A stretch of 64,000 bases of DNA from an uncultured Bacteroidia bacterium (lineage in GTDB: Bacteria > Bacteroidota > Bacteroidia > Bacteroidales > UBA932). The translations under genes and the position numbers were made by a program. The notes below the pieces were generated by a model. The model made no database searches. It had not been told where the DNA came from and saw nothing but the letters and a program-made list of their open reading frames with translations. Location of the stretch: positions 9,001 to 73,000 of the forward strand of contig CADBFO010000007.1 in NCBI GenBank assembly GCA_902794005.1, written 5' to 3'. Below, in pieces: positions 28,630-38,508 of this stretch (within the stretch, counting starts at the first letter, position 1; each line of letters opens with the position of its first letter).

Positions 28630-29253
28630 TTATTGTTCCGAAGGGAAGAGGCCGTAGAGTTCGGCATCTATCTTGTCCGTAATGAATTGGAAATCTTCGG
28701 GTTTGTTCTCAAATTTGACATGATCCACATCTACGATGAGGAGACGTGACTTGTAGCCTTCGATCCAGTCTTCGTATCGCTGGTTGAGGCCGGTGATGTA
28801 GTCTATGCGGATGGAGCGCTCGTACTCGCGGCCGCGCTTCTGAATCTGGGCGATGAGGTTGGGGATGCTGGAGCGGAGATAAATCAGCAGATCCGGCGGG
28901 TTCACCAGCGACATCATCAGGTCGAAGAGGTCGCTGTAATTCTCGAAGTCCCGGGTGGACATGAGCCCCATGGCGTGAAGATTGGGGGCGAAGATGCGTG
29001 CGTCCTCATAAATGGTGCGGTCCTGGATGATGACCTCCTGGTGCTTGGAGATTTCCACCACGTCCTGGAAACGCTTGTTAAGGAAATAGATCTGGAGATT
29101 GAACGACCAGCGTTCCATGTCCTCGTAGAAATCTGCGAGGTAGGGGTTGAAGTCAACCGATTCGAACCTGGGCGTCCAGCCGTAGTGGGCGGCCAGCATT
29201 TTGGTAAGCGTGGTTTTTCCGCTGCCGATATTGCCTGCAATCGCTATATGCAT
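28630..29253 (-). CDS. Deoxynucleoside kinase
   Basis: GNIGSGKTT, QDRTIYED and KRGREYE. Confidence 0.93.
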   Translation of the reverse strand: MHIAIAGNIGSGKTTLTKMLAAHYGWTPRFESVDFNPYLADFYEDMERWSFNLQIYFLNKRFQDVVEISKHQEVIIQDRTIYEDARIFAPNLHAMGLMSTRDFENYSDLFDLMMSLVNPPDLLIYLRSSIPNLIAQIQKRGREYERSIRIDYITGLNQRYEDWIEGYKSRLLIVDVDHVKFENKPEDFQFITDKIDAELYGLFPSEQ

Positions 29254-29285
29254 AACTTAACAATTAGGTTCACAAAGATACTCAT

Positions 29286-29897
29286 TTAGAACAATCCGTA
29301 CAACTCCGCGTCGATCCGGTCCGTGATGGAGGCGAAGTCTTCCGCACGGTTCAGGAAGTCCAGCCGGTCGGCGTCCACGATGATGAGTTTGCCTTTGTAG
29401 GCGGCAATCCATTGCTCGTAACGCTGGTTGAGACCGCCCAGATACTCGATGGAGATGGACTGTTCATAATCTCTTCCGCGCTTCTGGATCTGGGCCACCA
29501 GGTGCTCGATGCTGGAGCGCAGGTAAATCAGGAGGTCCGGCTCCTTCACCACGGCCATCATCACGTTGTACGTGTCCATGTAGGTGTTGTAGTCCCGTTC
29601 CGAGAGATTCCCCTGGGCGTAGTTGTTGGCCACGAAGATGTGTACGCCTTCCATGAGGGTGCGGTCCTGGATGACGACCTCCTTCGACTTGGCGATTTCC
29701 AGGGTGTCGTGCAGACGCTGCTGCAGGAAGTACATCTCCAGGGCGAAGGACCAGCGTTTGATATCGGCATAATAGTCTGACAGGTACGGGTTGTAGGTGA
29801 CAGACTCGAATTTGGGCGTCCAGCCGTAATGATGGGCCAGAAGGGTGGTAAGCGTGGTTTTTCCACTGCCGATATTTCCTGCGATTCCGATATGCAT
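29286..29897 (-). CDS. Deoxynucleoside kinase (tandem paralogue)
   Basis: GNIGSGKTT, QDRTLMEG and KRGRDYE. Confidence 0.93.
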   Translation of the reverse strand: MHIGIAGNIGSGKTTLTTLLAHHYGWTPKFESVTYNPYLSDYYADIKRWSFALEMYFLQQRLHDTLEIAKSKEVVIQDRTLMEGVHIFVANNYAQGNLSERDYNTYMDTYNVMMAVVKEPDLLIYLRSSIEHLVAQIQKRGRDYEQSISIEYLGGLNQRYEQWIAAYKGKLIIVDADRLDFLNRAEDFASITDRIDAELYGLF

Positions 29898-29968
29898 GCC
29901 GCGTGTCCTTTATTCTACAAAGTTGGTAAAATTATCGTAAATTTGCAATGTAAAAACAGGATACGAAA

Positions 29969-30637
29969 ATGCTTCATACCAGAGTATTTACTTTTAACCC
30001 GCTGGGGACCAATTGCGTGGTGCTGTGGGAAGACGGGCAGAAGGCCTGCACGGTAGTGGATCCCGGCATGTCCTCTCCCGACGACGCGCAGGAACTCGTG
30101 GATTTTTTTGACGCCCATGAACTGACGCCGGATGCCATTCTCCTGACGCACGGTCATTTCGACCATGTCTGGGGCGTGGGAAAGCTCCTGGCCCGCTATC
30201 GGATTCCGGTCTATCTGCATCCGGAAGACGTGGATATCATGGACAGGACAACCGGTGCCAGTGCCATGCAGTCGTTCTCTTTCCTCAAGCACGATTTCCC
30301 CACCGTTCCCCTTGCCGATGGCGACGTCATCACCACCGCCGGTACTGCCTGGACGGTCATCCATACGCCCGGCCACACGCCCGGCAGCGTCTGCTATTAT
30401 TCGGCCCGGAACAACCTCCTTCTCAGCGGCGACACCCTCTTTGCCGGCAGCATCGGCCGCACGGACTATTACGGCGGGGATTACGATGTCCTGATGGCAT
30501 CCATCAAGGAAAAGCTGCTGAACCTTCCCGGCGAGACGGACGTGATTCCCGGTCACGGGCAGCCCACCTCCATCGCCCGCGAAGGCATGTACAATCCTTT
30601 TCTGGAACCGTTTAACGAACCCCTGCCGGAAGAATGA
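29969..30637 (+). CDS. MBL-fold metallo-hydrolase (glyoxalase II-like)
   Basis: THGHFDH, TPGHTPG, SGDTLF and PGHG. Confidence 0.92.
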   Translation: MLHTRVFTFNPLGTNCVVLWEDGQKACTVVDPGMSSPDDAQELVDFFDAHELTPDAILLTHGHFDHVWGVGKLLARYRIPVYLHPEDVDIMDRTTGASAMQSFSFLKHDFPTVPLADGDVITTAGTAWTVIHTPGHTPGSVCYYSARNNLLLSGDTLFAGSIGRTDYYGGDYDVLMASIKEKLLNLPGETDVIPGHGQPTSIAREGMYNPFLEPFNEPLPEE

Positions 30638-31365
30638 CCATCCGTTGGCTCCCGACCATAGACTCTACCAACTCCGAGGCGCTCCGCCGTCTGGAAGATT
30701 ATCCTTCCGGGACGGTCCTGGCGGCCTATGAGCAGACGGCGGGCCGGGGACAGCGGGGGAACAGCTGGTTCACGGAGCCCGGGAAAAACCTCACCTTCAG
30801 CATCGTCCTCAAGTTCCCGGAGGGCCGCCTGGCCGCCTCCGGTGTGCACTGGCTCAATTATCTGGTTTCCTATGCCGTCGCGTCCTTCCTTCAGGAGCAG
30901 GGCGTGTGCCCGCAGGTTAAATGGCCCAATGACGTCTATGTGGGAAGGAAAAAGATCTGCGGCGTGCTCATTGAAAACGCCCTCCGGGGAGACAGCGTCG
31001 CCGCTTCGGTCATCGGCGTGGGCGTGAACATCAACCAGACGGCTTTCCCGCAGCTGGCCAATGCCACCTCGCTGGCCCTTTGCACGGGAAAGGAAATGAC
31101 CCTGGAACCCGCCCTGGAACGCCTGACGGCCCTGTTCGAAGAAAACCTTCCGTTCCTTTTCGACGAGAAGCGGCGCGCCGCTCTTTTCGAAGCCTATTCG
31201 GCCCTTCTTTTCCAGAAGGGCGTGACGGCCCGTTACCGGGACCTTCCGACCGGGGAGGAATTTTCCGGCGTCATCGAAGGGGTGGAGGCCGATGGCCGGC
31301 TCCGCATCCGGGAAGGGGAGCGGCTCAGATACTACCGATTCAAAGAACTTAGCTATATCCTATGA
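30634..31365 (+). CDS. birA: Biotin--protein ligase
   Basis: DSTN, QTAGRGQRGNSW, KWPND and KKICGVLIE. Confidence 0.95.
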   Translation: MTIRWLPTIDSTNSEALRRLEDYPSGTVLAAYEQTAGRGQRGNSWFTEPGKNLTFSIVLKFPEGRLAASGVHWLNYLVSYAVASFLQEQGVCPQVKWPNDVYVGRKKICGVLIENALRGDSVAASVIGVGVNINQTAFPQLANATSLALCTGKEMTLEPALERLTALFEENLPFLFDEKRRAALFEAYSALLFQKGVTARYRDLPTGEEFSGVIEGVEADGRLRIREGERLRYYRFKELSYIL

Positions 31366-32549
31366 GACAAAGAGAAACCTGGCTGGATTTCCTGCGGGTA
31401 ACAGCCTGCTTCATGGTCATGGTCGTCCATGGCACGGAACCGTTCTATCTCGGGGGGGACGGAGCCCTTATCCTTACACCCACCGATGCTTTCTGGGTGG
31501 CGGTCTTCGAAGGCCTCTGCCGCTGCTGCGTTCCGCTTTTCCTCATCGCTTCCAGTTACCTGCAGTTCCCGCTGCACTACACTCCGGGGGAGTTTTTCAA
31601 GCGCCGTGTCGTCCGTATCCTGATCCCCATGGTACTCTGGACGCTGGTCTATGCCCTGGTGTGGGGAGAGCCGGTGGAGAACCTGAAGGGGCTGCTGCTC
31701 AACTTCAATTATGCGGCAGGCCATCTTTGGTTTGTCTATATGCTGGCGGGCATCTATCTGGTGATGCCGATGCTGTCGCCCTGGGCGGAGAAAGTTTCCA
31801 GAAAGGAACTCTCCGTGTATCTGGGCATCTGGATTTTTACCACGTTCATTCCCACCATCCGGGCCGCCGCAGGGGGAGAGGCGCCGTTGATCCAGGCGGC
31901 CGACGGACTGCCGGCGCCCGCCCTGTTCCCGCTCTGGGGGGAGGCCTCCTGGAATCCCTTCGGCACATTCTACTACCTGAGCGGGTTCATCGGCTATCTG
32001 CTGCTGGGGCTCTATATCCGGAAATACATGGAGAACACGCGAAGGGTGGCCAGCCTGGGCTGGGTGATGTTCCTGCTGGGCTTTCTGTCCATCGTTTCCG
32101 GCCTTCTTTTCCAGTTCTCCGAAACCCCGGGCGCTTTTCCGCTTTCGGGCGGCCTGTCTTTGGCCGTTTACTGGGAATCTCCCATTCTCTTCTGCGGCTT
32201 CCCGGTTCTTCTGACATCCCTGGGCCTGGTGCTGGTTTTTCGCCGGATGGCCTGTCATTCTGAGCGCAGCGAAGAATCTATGCGCAGCGAAGAATCTTTC
32301 GTCTATCGGCACATCATCCTGCCCCTTTCCAAGGCCGGATACGGGATGTATCTCATTCACATGCTGGTGCTGGTCCGCTTCTCCGGCCTTTTCCGCGATT
32401 GGCTGGGCCTGGGGGCCGACGGCGTCCTGGGCGTATGGACCACTCCGGTCCAGATTCTGGCCACCGCATTCTGCAGTTTTGTGGTGGTGGGGCTTGTGGC
32501 CGTGCTCCTGCAGCGGATTCCCAAGGCAGGGAAGTACCTGATGGGGTAG
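31362..32549 (+). CDS. Acyltransferase-3 family membrane protein with in-frame repeat insertion
   Basis: DFLRV.ACFMV..VH, VPLF..S, HLWFVY and YGMYLIH. Confidence 0.9.
   Translation: MRQRETWLDFLRVTACFMVMVVHGTEPFYLGGDGALILTPTDAFWVAVFEGLCRCCVPLFLIASSYLQFPLHYTPGEFFKRRVVRILIPMVLWTLVYALVWGEPVENLKGLLLNFNYAAGHLWFVYMLAGIYLVMPMLSPWAEKVSRKELSVYLGIWIFTTFIPTIRAAAGGEAPLIQAADGLPAPALFPLWGEASWNPFGTFYYLSGFIGYLLLGLYIRKYMENTRRVASLGWVMFLLGFLSIVSGLLFQFSETPGAFPLSGGLSLAVYWESPILFCGFPVLLTSLGLVLVFRRMACHSERSEESMRSEESFVYRHIILPLSKAGYGMYLIHMLVLVRFSGLFRDWLGLGADGVLGVWTTPVQILATAFCSFVVVGLVAVLLQRIPKAGKYLMG
32253..32297 (+). repeat. TGTCATTCTGAG-family palindromic repeat plus partial tandem duplication, in-frame
   Basis: TGTCATTCTGAGCGCAGCGAAGAATCT followed by ATGCGCAGCGAAGAATCT, translated CHSERSEES-MRSEES. 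Confidence 0.9.
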
Positions 32550-32550
32550 T

Positions 32551-34287
32551 TCAGATGAGTTCGTCGCGCTCGCGGATGTCCTTGAGCCGGAGTTGGACGG
32601 TGGAGGAACCGCGATAGAAATTCTCCACGATGGAATAGCAGATGTCGATGGGGTTGCCGTTCTTGATGTGCTCGTAGTAGTGGGCCATATTGAAGCCGAT
32701 GGCGGCAATCTGGCGGTAGGGCTGGCTCTCCTGCATGACGTCCAGTTTGAGGTGTACGCCGCCGGCGCCCACCTTGCGGCCGTTTCCGGCGTCATAGACG
32801 TCTTCCGTCAGGAAAACCGGGTTGTTGTTGCCGGGACCGAAGGGCTGGAACTGCTTGAGGATGCGGGTGAACTTGGGCGTAATCTGCGAGAAGTCCAGGC
32901 GGGCGTCAATCTCCACCACCGGGGTCAGCTCTTCCCGGGAAATGTTGTCGGCCACAAAACTGTTCATCCGGCGGCAGAATTCCTCCAGGTTCTCCTCCTT
33001 CATGGTAAGGCCGGCAGCATACATGTGCCCGCCGAAGTTTTCCAGGAGGTCCGCACAGTTTTCAATGGAGGAATACAGGTCGAATCCCTGGACGCTGCGG
33101 GCGCTGCCGGTGACGAAACCGTTGCTTTTGGTGAGCACCACCGTGGGTTTGTAATAGGCTTCCACCAGGCGGGAGGCCACAATGCCCACGACTCCCTTGT
33201 TCCAGGTGGGATTGTACACGATGGTGACGTTCTCGGCGGCCAGGGCCTTTCCGCCCTGTACCATTTCCAGGGCTTGCTGGGTGATTTCCCGGTCGATGGA
33301 CTTGCGTTCGTTGTTGTTCTCGTTGATCTGGTCTCCGATGCGGAAGGCCGTGCGGTCGTCGGTGGCGGTGAGGAGTTCCACGGCCAGGCGTCCGCTTTCC
33401 ATTCGGCCGGCGGCATTGATGCGCGGCCCAATCTTGAAGACGATATCGTCAATGCCGATATGGCCGGGCTCCAGTTTGGCCAGGTTGATCATGGCCAGCA
33501 GGCCCTTGCGGGGATTCTCGTTCAGGCGCTTGAGGCCGAAGTGGGCCAGGATGCGGTTTTCTCCGGTCATGGACACCAGGTCCGATGCGATGGATACCAC
33601 CTGCAAGTCCAGCAGCGGTTCCAGCAGGGAGAATTCCAGACCGTATTTCTTGATATAGCCCTGCGCCAGTTTGAAGCCTACGCCGCAGCCGCACAGGTCG
33701 TCGAAAGGGTAGTGGCAGTCTTCGCGCTTGGGGTCCAGGATGGCCGCTGCCTTGGGAAGTTCGTCTTCCGGCAGATGGTGGTCGCAGATAATGACTTCCA
33801 TTCCCTTTCCGCGGGCGTATTCCACCTTGTCGATGGCCTTGATGCCGCAGTCCAGCGTGATGACCAGGCCGATTCCGTTGTCCGAAGCCCAGTCCAGGGC
33901 TTTGTACGAAAGGCCGTAGCCTTCGTCGTAGCGGTCGGGAATGTAGAACTGGACTTTGGGCGAGAACTGCTTGATGAAGGAGTACACCTGGGCGACGGCC
34001 GTCGTGCCGTCCACATCGTAGTCTCCATAGACCAGGATTTTCTCTCCGGAGGTGATGGCCTTGTGAAGGCGCTCCACGGCTTTGTCCATGTCCTTCATCA
34101 GGAAGGGGTCGTGGAGGTCTTCCAGGCGGGGGCGGAAGAAACTGCGGGCTTCCTCGAAAGTGGATACGCCGCGCTGGATGAGCAGATGGGCCAGAACCCG
34201 GTCGATGCCCAGCTCCGTCGCCAATTGTGCCGCCCGGTCCTCATCGGCAGGCGTTTTAACAATCCACTGTCTTTCAGAAATGCCCAT
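32551..34287 (-). CDS. recJ: ssDNA-specific exonuclease RecJ
   Basis: YGDYDVDG, ITLDCG, DHH, PRINAAGR, GSARS, GGH..AAG and PFGPGN. Confidence 0.97.
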   Translation of the reverse strand: MGISERQWIVKTPADEDRAAQLATELGIDRVLAHLLIQRGVSTFEEARSFFRPRLEDLHDPFLMKDMDKAVERLHKAITSGEKILVYGDYDVDGTTAVAQVYSFIKQFSPKVQFYIPDRYDEGYGLSYKALDWASDNGIGLVITLDCGIKAIDKVEYARGKGMEVIICDHHLPEDELPKAAAILDPKREDCHYPFDDLCGCGVGFKLAQGYIKKYGLEFSLLEPLLDLQVVSIASDLVSMTGENRILAHFGLKRLNENPRKGLLAMINLAKLEPGHIGIDDIVFKIGPRINAAGRMESGRLAVELLTATDDRTAFRIGDQINENNNERKSIDREITQQALEMVQGGKALAAENVTIVYNPTWNKGVVGIVASRLVEAYYKPTVVLTKSNGFVTGSARSVQGFDLYSSIENCADLLENFGGHMYAAGLTMKEENLEEFCRRMNSFVADNISREELTPVVEIDARLDFSQITPKFTRILKQFQPFGPGNNNPVFLTEDVYDAGNGRKVGAGGVHLKLDVMQESQPYRQIAAIGFNMAHYYEHIKNGNPIDICYSIVENFYRGSSTVQLRLKDIRERDELI

Positions 34288-34319
34288 AGTCGTACAAAGA
34301 TAGGCAATCTGAGGCAGAA

Positions 34320-34817
34320 TTACAAGCAGGAAATGATAATCTCGTCGGCAATCTCTTCGGGCTTGCAGCCGTCGGTATCCAGAATGATCCGGGCCGCCTG
34401 CTCATAGAGCGGGAGCCGCCGCCCAAGCCTTTCCGCAAAGCCTTCGCCGGCCAGCGGACGCCCGTCTGTCTGCCCTTCCAGGCGGTCTTGCAGGGTTTCC
34501 AGGGACGCTTTCAGGTAGATGCAGAGCGTCTTTTCCCGAAGCAGCATCGGGGCGCCGGGAACGGTGACCGTACCGCCGCCCAGTGCCAGTACAGCCGTGC
34601 TTTCGGCATATTTTTTCACCGTTTCTTCCAGGAGTTTCTTCTCCAGCCGGCGGAAGCTTTCCTCGCCGTCGGCCGCAAAAATTTGCGGGATGGTCTTTCC
34701 GGCCTTTTTCTCGATGAGCGCGTCCAAATCCAGGAAGGGGCAGCCCAGGGCATCGGCCACCAGGCTTCCCACCGTGCTTTTGCCGCACCCCATGTATCCG
34801 GTCAGTGTGATGAGCAT
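34320..34817 (-). CDS. aroK: Shikimate kinase
   Basis: GYMGCGKSTVG, DLD, GEESFRRLE, LGGG and RPL. Confidence 0.95.
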   Translation of the reverse strand: MLITLTGYMGCGKSTVGSLVADALGCPFLDLDALIEKKAGKTIPQIFAADGEESFRRLEKKLLEETVKKYAESTAVLALGGGTVTVPGAPMLLREKTLCIYLKASLETLQDRLEGQTDGRPLAGEGFAERLGRRLPLYEQAARIILDTDGCKPEEIADEIIISCL

Positions 34818-34827
34818 GGCAAAAGGA

Positions 34828-35019
34828 TTAAATGATTCCCAGTTCCGTTTCCAGCGCTTTCAGGCCTTTCTCCAGCGCCGCATCAAAATGCTGGTTGTCA
34901 AGCTCTTTCTTGGCCTGCTGCACCAGCGCTTCCGCCTGCTGCGGCAGGCCATCGGCCTTGTGCTCCACCCGTTGGCAGGCACAAACAAGTAGCAGTGCAA
35001 ATAGGAGAACTCTTTTCAT
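34828..35019 (-). CDS. Short lipoprotein, probably truncated (TPR-like start)
   Basis: Lipobox VCAC and one helical repeat. TATCTTTG promoter element upstream. Confidence 0.5.
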   Translation of the reverse strand: MKRVLLFALLLVCACQRVEHKADGLPQQAEALVQQAKKELDNQHFDAALEKGLKALETELGII

Positions 35020-35057
35020 GACAGGTGAGATTTGTGAGCAAAGATAAGAAAAATATT

Positions 35058-35097
35058 ATATGCCGCCATCCCATCGTATGACGGAATGGCGGCATAT
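35058..35097 (-). terminator. Hairpin terminator downstream of the minus-strand gene remnant
   Basis: ATATGCCGCCAT...ATGGCGGCATAT perfect 12-bp arms. Confidence 0.65.
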
Positions 35098-35111
35098 GAT
35101 AAAAATTCAAT

Positions 35112-35394
35112 CTATTCGAGAGTAAAAGCGCTGAACGGCACCTTGGCAGCATACACTTTAGTCTTAGCACCATAAGAGTACCTATCAGTATAGGATGTCA
35201 GTAGCGGTCAGTATTTTGGCGCATCTGTATTTGGTTTCGGAAGCGGTTCCGGCATCTTTAACCAGATGCAATACCAATTCCTGATTAGTATAGAACGTTG
35301 TTGTACCCATGGCACCTACAAAAGCAACCCCGTCTTCGTTGCTGATTCTGGCAATTCTTTGATCATTTGCTGAATATCCAACCAAACCGGGCAT
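35112..35394 (-). pseudogene. 3' remnant of an exported (fimbrillin-like?) protein, frameshifted near 35190
   Basis: ORF 35185-35394 continues in another frame as ...TKVYAAKVPFSAFTLE*. No 5' end. Confidence 0.5.
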
Positions 35395-35399
35395 CGCAA

Positions 35400-35540
35400 G
35401 ATATCACCTTCAACCTGTATGCGGACGGTGACGCTGGCACAAAGAAGACCTACAAAGTCACGAACAAGACAGTCAGCTTCGATGACAACACCAAGTGTCA
35501 GGGCGTTGCCATCGAATTCTCAAAGTTTGCGGCTGAATAG
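35400..35540 (+). pseudogene. 3' remnant of a paralogous protein
   Basis: DITFNLYADGDAGTKKTYKVTNKTVSFDDNTKCQGVAIEFSKFAAE*, followed by a hairpin at 35569-35602. Confidence 0.5.
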
Positions 35541-35641
35541 CGCGGACCTTGCATCTCTTTTCTACATCCATCCCGCCACCCCTTTCGGGCCGTGGCGGGA
35601 TGATTGTGTTGCGAATACGTAAAAGCATTCTGCCTTTTTCC

Positions 35642-36922
35642 TCACGGAAACAATTCCAGGCTCCACTCGTACACCGGCTGCACCTTTATGCTGTGGCCGT
35701 CCTGACAGATTTCTTCGCTATCGTGGTCGGTGAGTAGCAGCAGGTTCTTACATTTGGTTTGTTTAGCTGCCAGCAGTAGGCCGTTTATCTCACGCTTGCG
35801 GGTCTTATTGGCAGATATATCGTAAGAAACCTGGATGCATTGCTCCACCCTGTTGCCTTTGCAGACAACAAAGTCACATTCACCGGAACGGTCGTTAAGA
35901 TAATAGACATCCCTTCCTTCCATCTTGCATTTGCGGATCAGGTGAACTGCCACGATGGTCTCCAAGCGATATCCAAGGTTCTCTCCGGCAAAGGCGTTCT
36001 CCCGTTGGTCCATCATGGCAACATCCACGGCGTAGACTTTTTCTTGTACGGTCCGCTGCTTGCTCTTGGGAGAATACTTTTGAACGCCGATGAGCATGTA
36101 GGCCTGCTTGAGATAATCGACATAATTCTTTGCCGTATGCTCGGACTTGAAGTGGAAGAGGTCTGCCAAGTCGGTAGTGACAACAATTGTAGGTGACACA
36201 TTCAAGAGGTGGTGAGCCATTTGTTCAAAAGCGGCTTTATACACAATCTTGAAACGTTTCTCGATATCACGTTTCAAGATGTTCTCTACCAGCGTATTGA
36301 CATATCCCTCATTGTCCTCAATCACCAGCAACTCCGGGAAGCCGCCCTGCTTCGAGTATTCGTCGAATGCTGCCCGTCGGAAGCCTTCGGCCTTGGTGGT
36401 GCGGTGGTCAGTGTCCACTTCTTTCATTATGCAAAACTCCTTGAAGGAGAAAGGATAAAGCGGAATCTCCTTGTTACGTCCGGTTAAGAAGGTTGCCAGC
36501 TCGCTGCTGAGCAGTTTGGCATTGGAGCCCGTGATGATGATATGCATCTTCTTGCGGAGCATACGGTTCACGAACAGGTGCCAGCCTTCCACATTCTGGA
36601 TTTCGTCGAGCAGGAGATAATTGAAATCGCCGTAAATCTTGTAGAGTATCTCCAGTACATCGTTAAGTTGGTCGGCCTGGAGATTGATCAGACGCTCGTC
36701 GTCAAAATCGGCATAGGCATATTTGACGCCCATGCTGTGCAGGGCTTGATAACATAGGGTGGACTTTCCGCTGCGCCTGACGCCGATGACGGCCTGCGCC
36801 TGTGTGCTTTTCAAATCTATTTTCCTTTCTTCCGGCCGGCGGCACAGGGTTTCTTCTGCTCTCTCTTCCATTTCTTCCTGCTGGTCGGCGAGGATGAATT
36901 CCAATGTTCTCTTGTCAATCAT
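35642..36922 (-). CDS. AAA_14 ATPase with DUF4143 domain
   Basis: GVRRSGKS, LLDEIQ, TGSNAKLLS, GGFPE and ECDFV...IQVS. Confidence 0.92.
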   Translation of the reverse strand: MIDKRTLEFILADQQEEMEERAEETLCRRPEERKIDLKSTQAQAVIGVRRSGKSTLCYQALHSMGVKYAYADFDDERLINLQADQLNDVLEILYKIYGDFNYLLLDEIQNVEGWHLFVNRMLRKKMHIIITGSNAKLLSSELATFLTGRNKEIPLYPFSFKEFCIMKEVDTDHRTTKAEGFRRAAFDEYSKQGGFPELLVIEDNEGYVNTLVENILKRDIEKRFKIVYKAAFEQMAHHLLNVSPTIVVTTDLADLFHFKSEHTAKNYVDYLKQAYMLIGVQKYSPKSKQRTVQEKVYAVDVAMMDQRENAFAGENLGYRLETIVAVHLIRKCKMEGRDVYYLNDRSGECDFVVCKGNRVEQCIQVSYDISANKTRKREINGLLLAAKQTKCKNLLLLTDHDSEEICQDGHSIKVQPVYEWSLELFP

Positions 36923-37038
36923 AGCCTTGTCTTTTTTTCTGCGTAAAGGTAAGCAATATTTTTATAAAATGCGATATTTTACAAAAAACCATCACTGGTA
37001 AATACGATATTTTGCAAATATGGCACATCCAGAATGCG

Positions 37039-37989
37039 TTATTTCGTGAGCCTTCGTATCCTTTCCTTAAGCAAATCTTTATAGCTGGACTTCAATTCCT
37101 CGGGCAGAAAAGACGCATCGACAAGTTCTTCCCATTCAGGAAGGAACGAGACAAGTCTTTCCAGCAGCTTTTGGGCAACGGCGGCGGAGATTCCGGAGGA
37201 GGTCATCGCACCCAGGAAATCTTCTCGGGTGAAGCCGGATTTTCGGCCGCCCACCTCTAGCGTCATGGCCATCTCTTCGGTATCGGAGGGATCGGCCAAC
37301 AGGACGGCCAGCAGGTCGTAGGCCGGTGCCAAGGAGTAGTTGCGGCCGCCCATGTCGACAAGGGAAAAGTTCTTGCAGTGCATATCGGAATTCCCTGTAA
37401 GCCAGGAGAATAGGACGATTTCCCAGAATCGCTGAATGTCCAAAAGAGGGGCCGATGAATACTTGCCGATGGTGTCGGCCAGTTGCGGGTATGTGCCATA
37501 ATACTTATGTTCCGTCAGGCGGTTTGACAGTTGGCACATGTCCAGCATCGATATTTTCTCTCCTTTCTTTCCCCGGTCGATTCGCTCGGTGAGGTAACCC
37601 AACTCTCCATCGGCCAGTCTGATGAGCGTGTGCTTGACTGTACGGATGCCGGCGACATCGGCCATCTTCATGGTGACGTCTTCCAGCTCCGGAAGCCAGG
37701 GATAGGTATCGCTTTGCGGCTTGAAAATGTACTTCCCCCACAGGCCGACGACGGTGAACTTTTTGGCCTCGTTCTTCCCGCCTCTGTTTATATCCAGCGA
37801 CATCTTGGCCTGAACACCAGTCACGGATGTGCTTGTCCGAATTACTTGCTTGGCAAGTTCCGACATATTCTCCCTGGTGTATGGAAGGGCAGGGACAGCG
37901 GCAGAGCCAAAGAACTTTCTGGCACAAGTGGGGTGGAAATCAACCTGCCCACCTTCAAGTTCCTTATAACAGTATAAGCATTTATTCAT
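37039..37989 (-). CDS. HipA-family kinase toxin (second copy)
   Basis: SVTGVQAKMS, YIFKP, GNSDMHCKNFS and LAPAYDL. Confidence 0.93.
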   Translation of the reverse strand: MNKCLYCYKELEGGQVDFHPTCARKFFGSAAVPALPYTRENMSELAKQVIRTSTSVTGVQAKMSLDINRGGKNEAKKFTVVGLWGKYIFKPQSDTYPWLPELEDVTMKMADVAGIRTVKHTLIRLADGELGYLTERIDRGKKGEKISMLDMCQLSNRLTEHKYYGTYPQLADTIGKYSSAPLLDIQRFWEIVLFSWLTGNSDMHCKNFSLVDMGGRNYSLAPAYDLLAVLLADPSDTEEMAMTLEVGGRKSGFTREDFLGAMTSSGISAAVAQKLLERLVSFLPEWEELVDASFLPEELKSSYKDLLKERIRRLTK

Positions 37990-38305
37990 GGCTCAAAGGG
38001 ATTACACTGATATCGCCGATACAGTCTTTGCAGCAGGCCATGAGGAGAGACATCCTGTCTCTGGGATCAATCTTCCAGGACTTGGAGGCGATGTCCAGCA
38101 GCCAGCCTTCCGGGATGATGCCGTCGAAAACCGGGAACATCATTTCTTTCTCGTAGGACTGCTCCGTGAGGGGCATCGTGGGACTGAGCGCCTTGGCGTC
38201 GCTCCTGTTCAGATAGTCTGTGTCATATATGAAGTGGAAGCCCTCCTCATCTTCCGTGAGGATTCCGCAGAAGACGTCCTGTATATAGATTCCGGCCTGT
38301 TTCAT
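37982..38305 (-). CDS. HipA N-terminal (Couple_hipA) domain protein (second copy)
   Basis: Start MKQAGI at 38305. FDGIIPEGWLLD...CCKDCIG. Confidence 0.9.
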   Translation of the reverse strand: MKQAGIYIQDVFCGILTEDEEGFHFIYDTDYLNRSDAKALSPTMPLTEQSYEKEMMFPVFDGIIPEGWLLDIASKSWKIDPRDRMSLLMACCKDCIGDISVIPLSHE

Positions 38306-38505
38306 AATACATTCATTTTTACGGGGCCGAGTTCTTCTCCAAAAAGAGCGAGGACCTGATTCACCTTGTCCATGCGCACTGAGATCTTTCCTTGTTCCAG
38401 GTCGCGTACGAAACGTAGGCCAACACCGGCTCTTGCGGCCAGCTCGGCTTGCGTGAGACCATAAGTCTTGCGTCTGAGTTTGATTTGTTCTGCTATCCGT
38501 GTCAT
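38302..38505 (-). CDS. HipB-like XRE HTH protein (second copy)
   Basis: RRK..GLTQAELA..AGVGLRFVRDLEQGK. Confidence 0.9.
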   Translation of the reverse strand: MTRIAEQIKLRRKTYGLTQAELAARAGVGLRFVRDLEQGKISVRMDKVNQVLALFGEELGPVKMNVL

Positions 38506-38508
38506 TAT

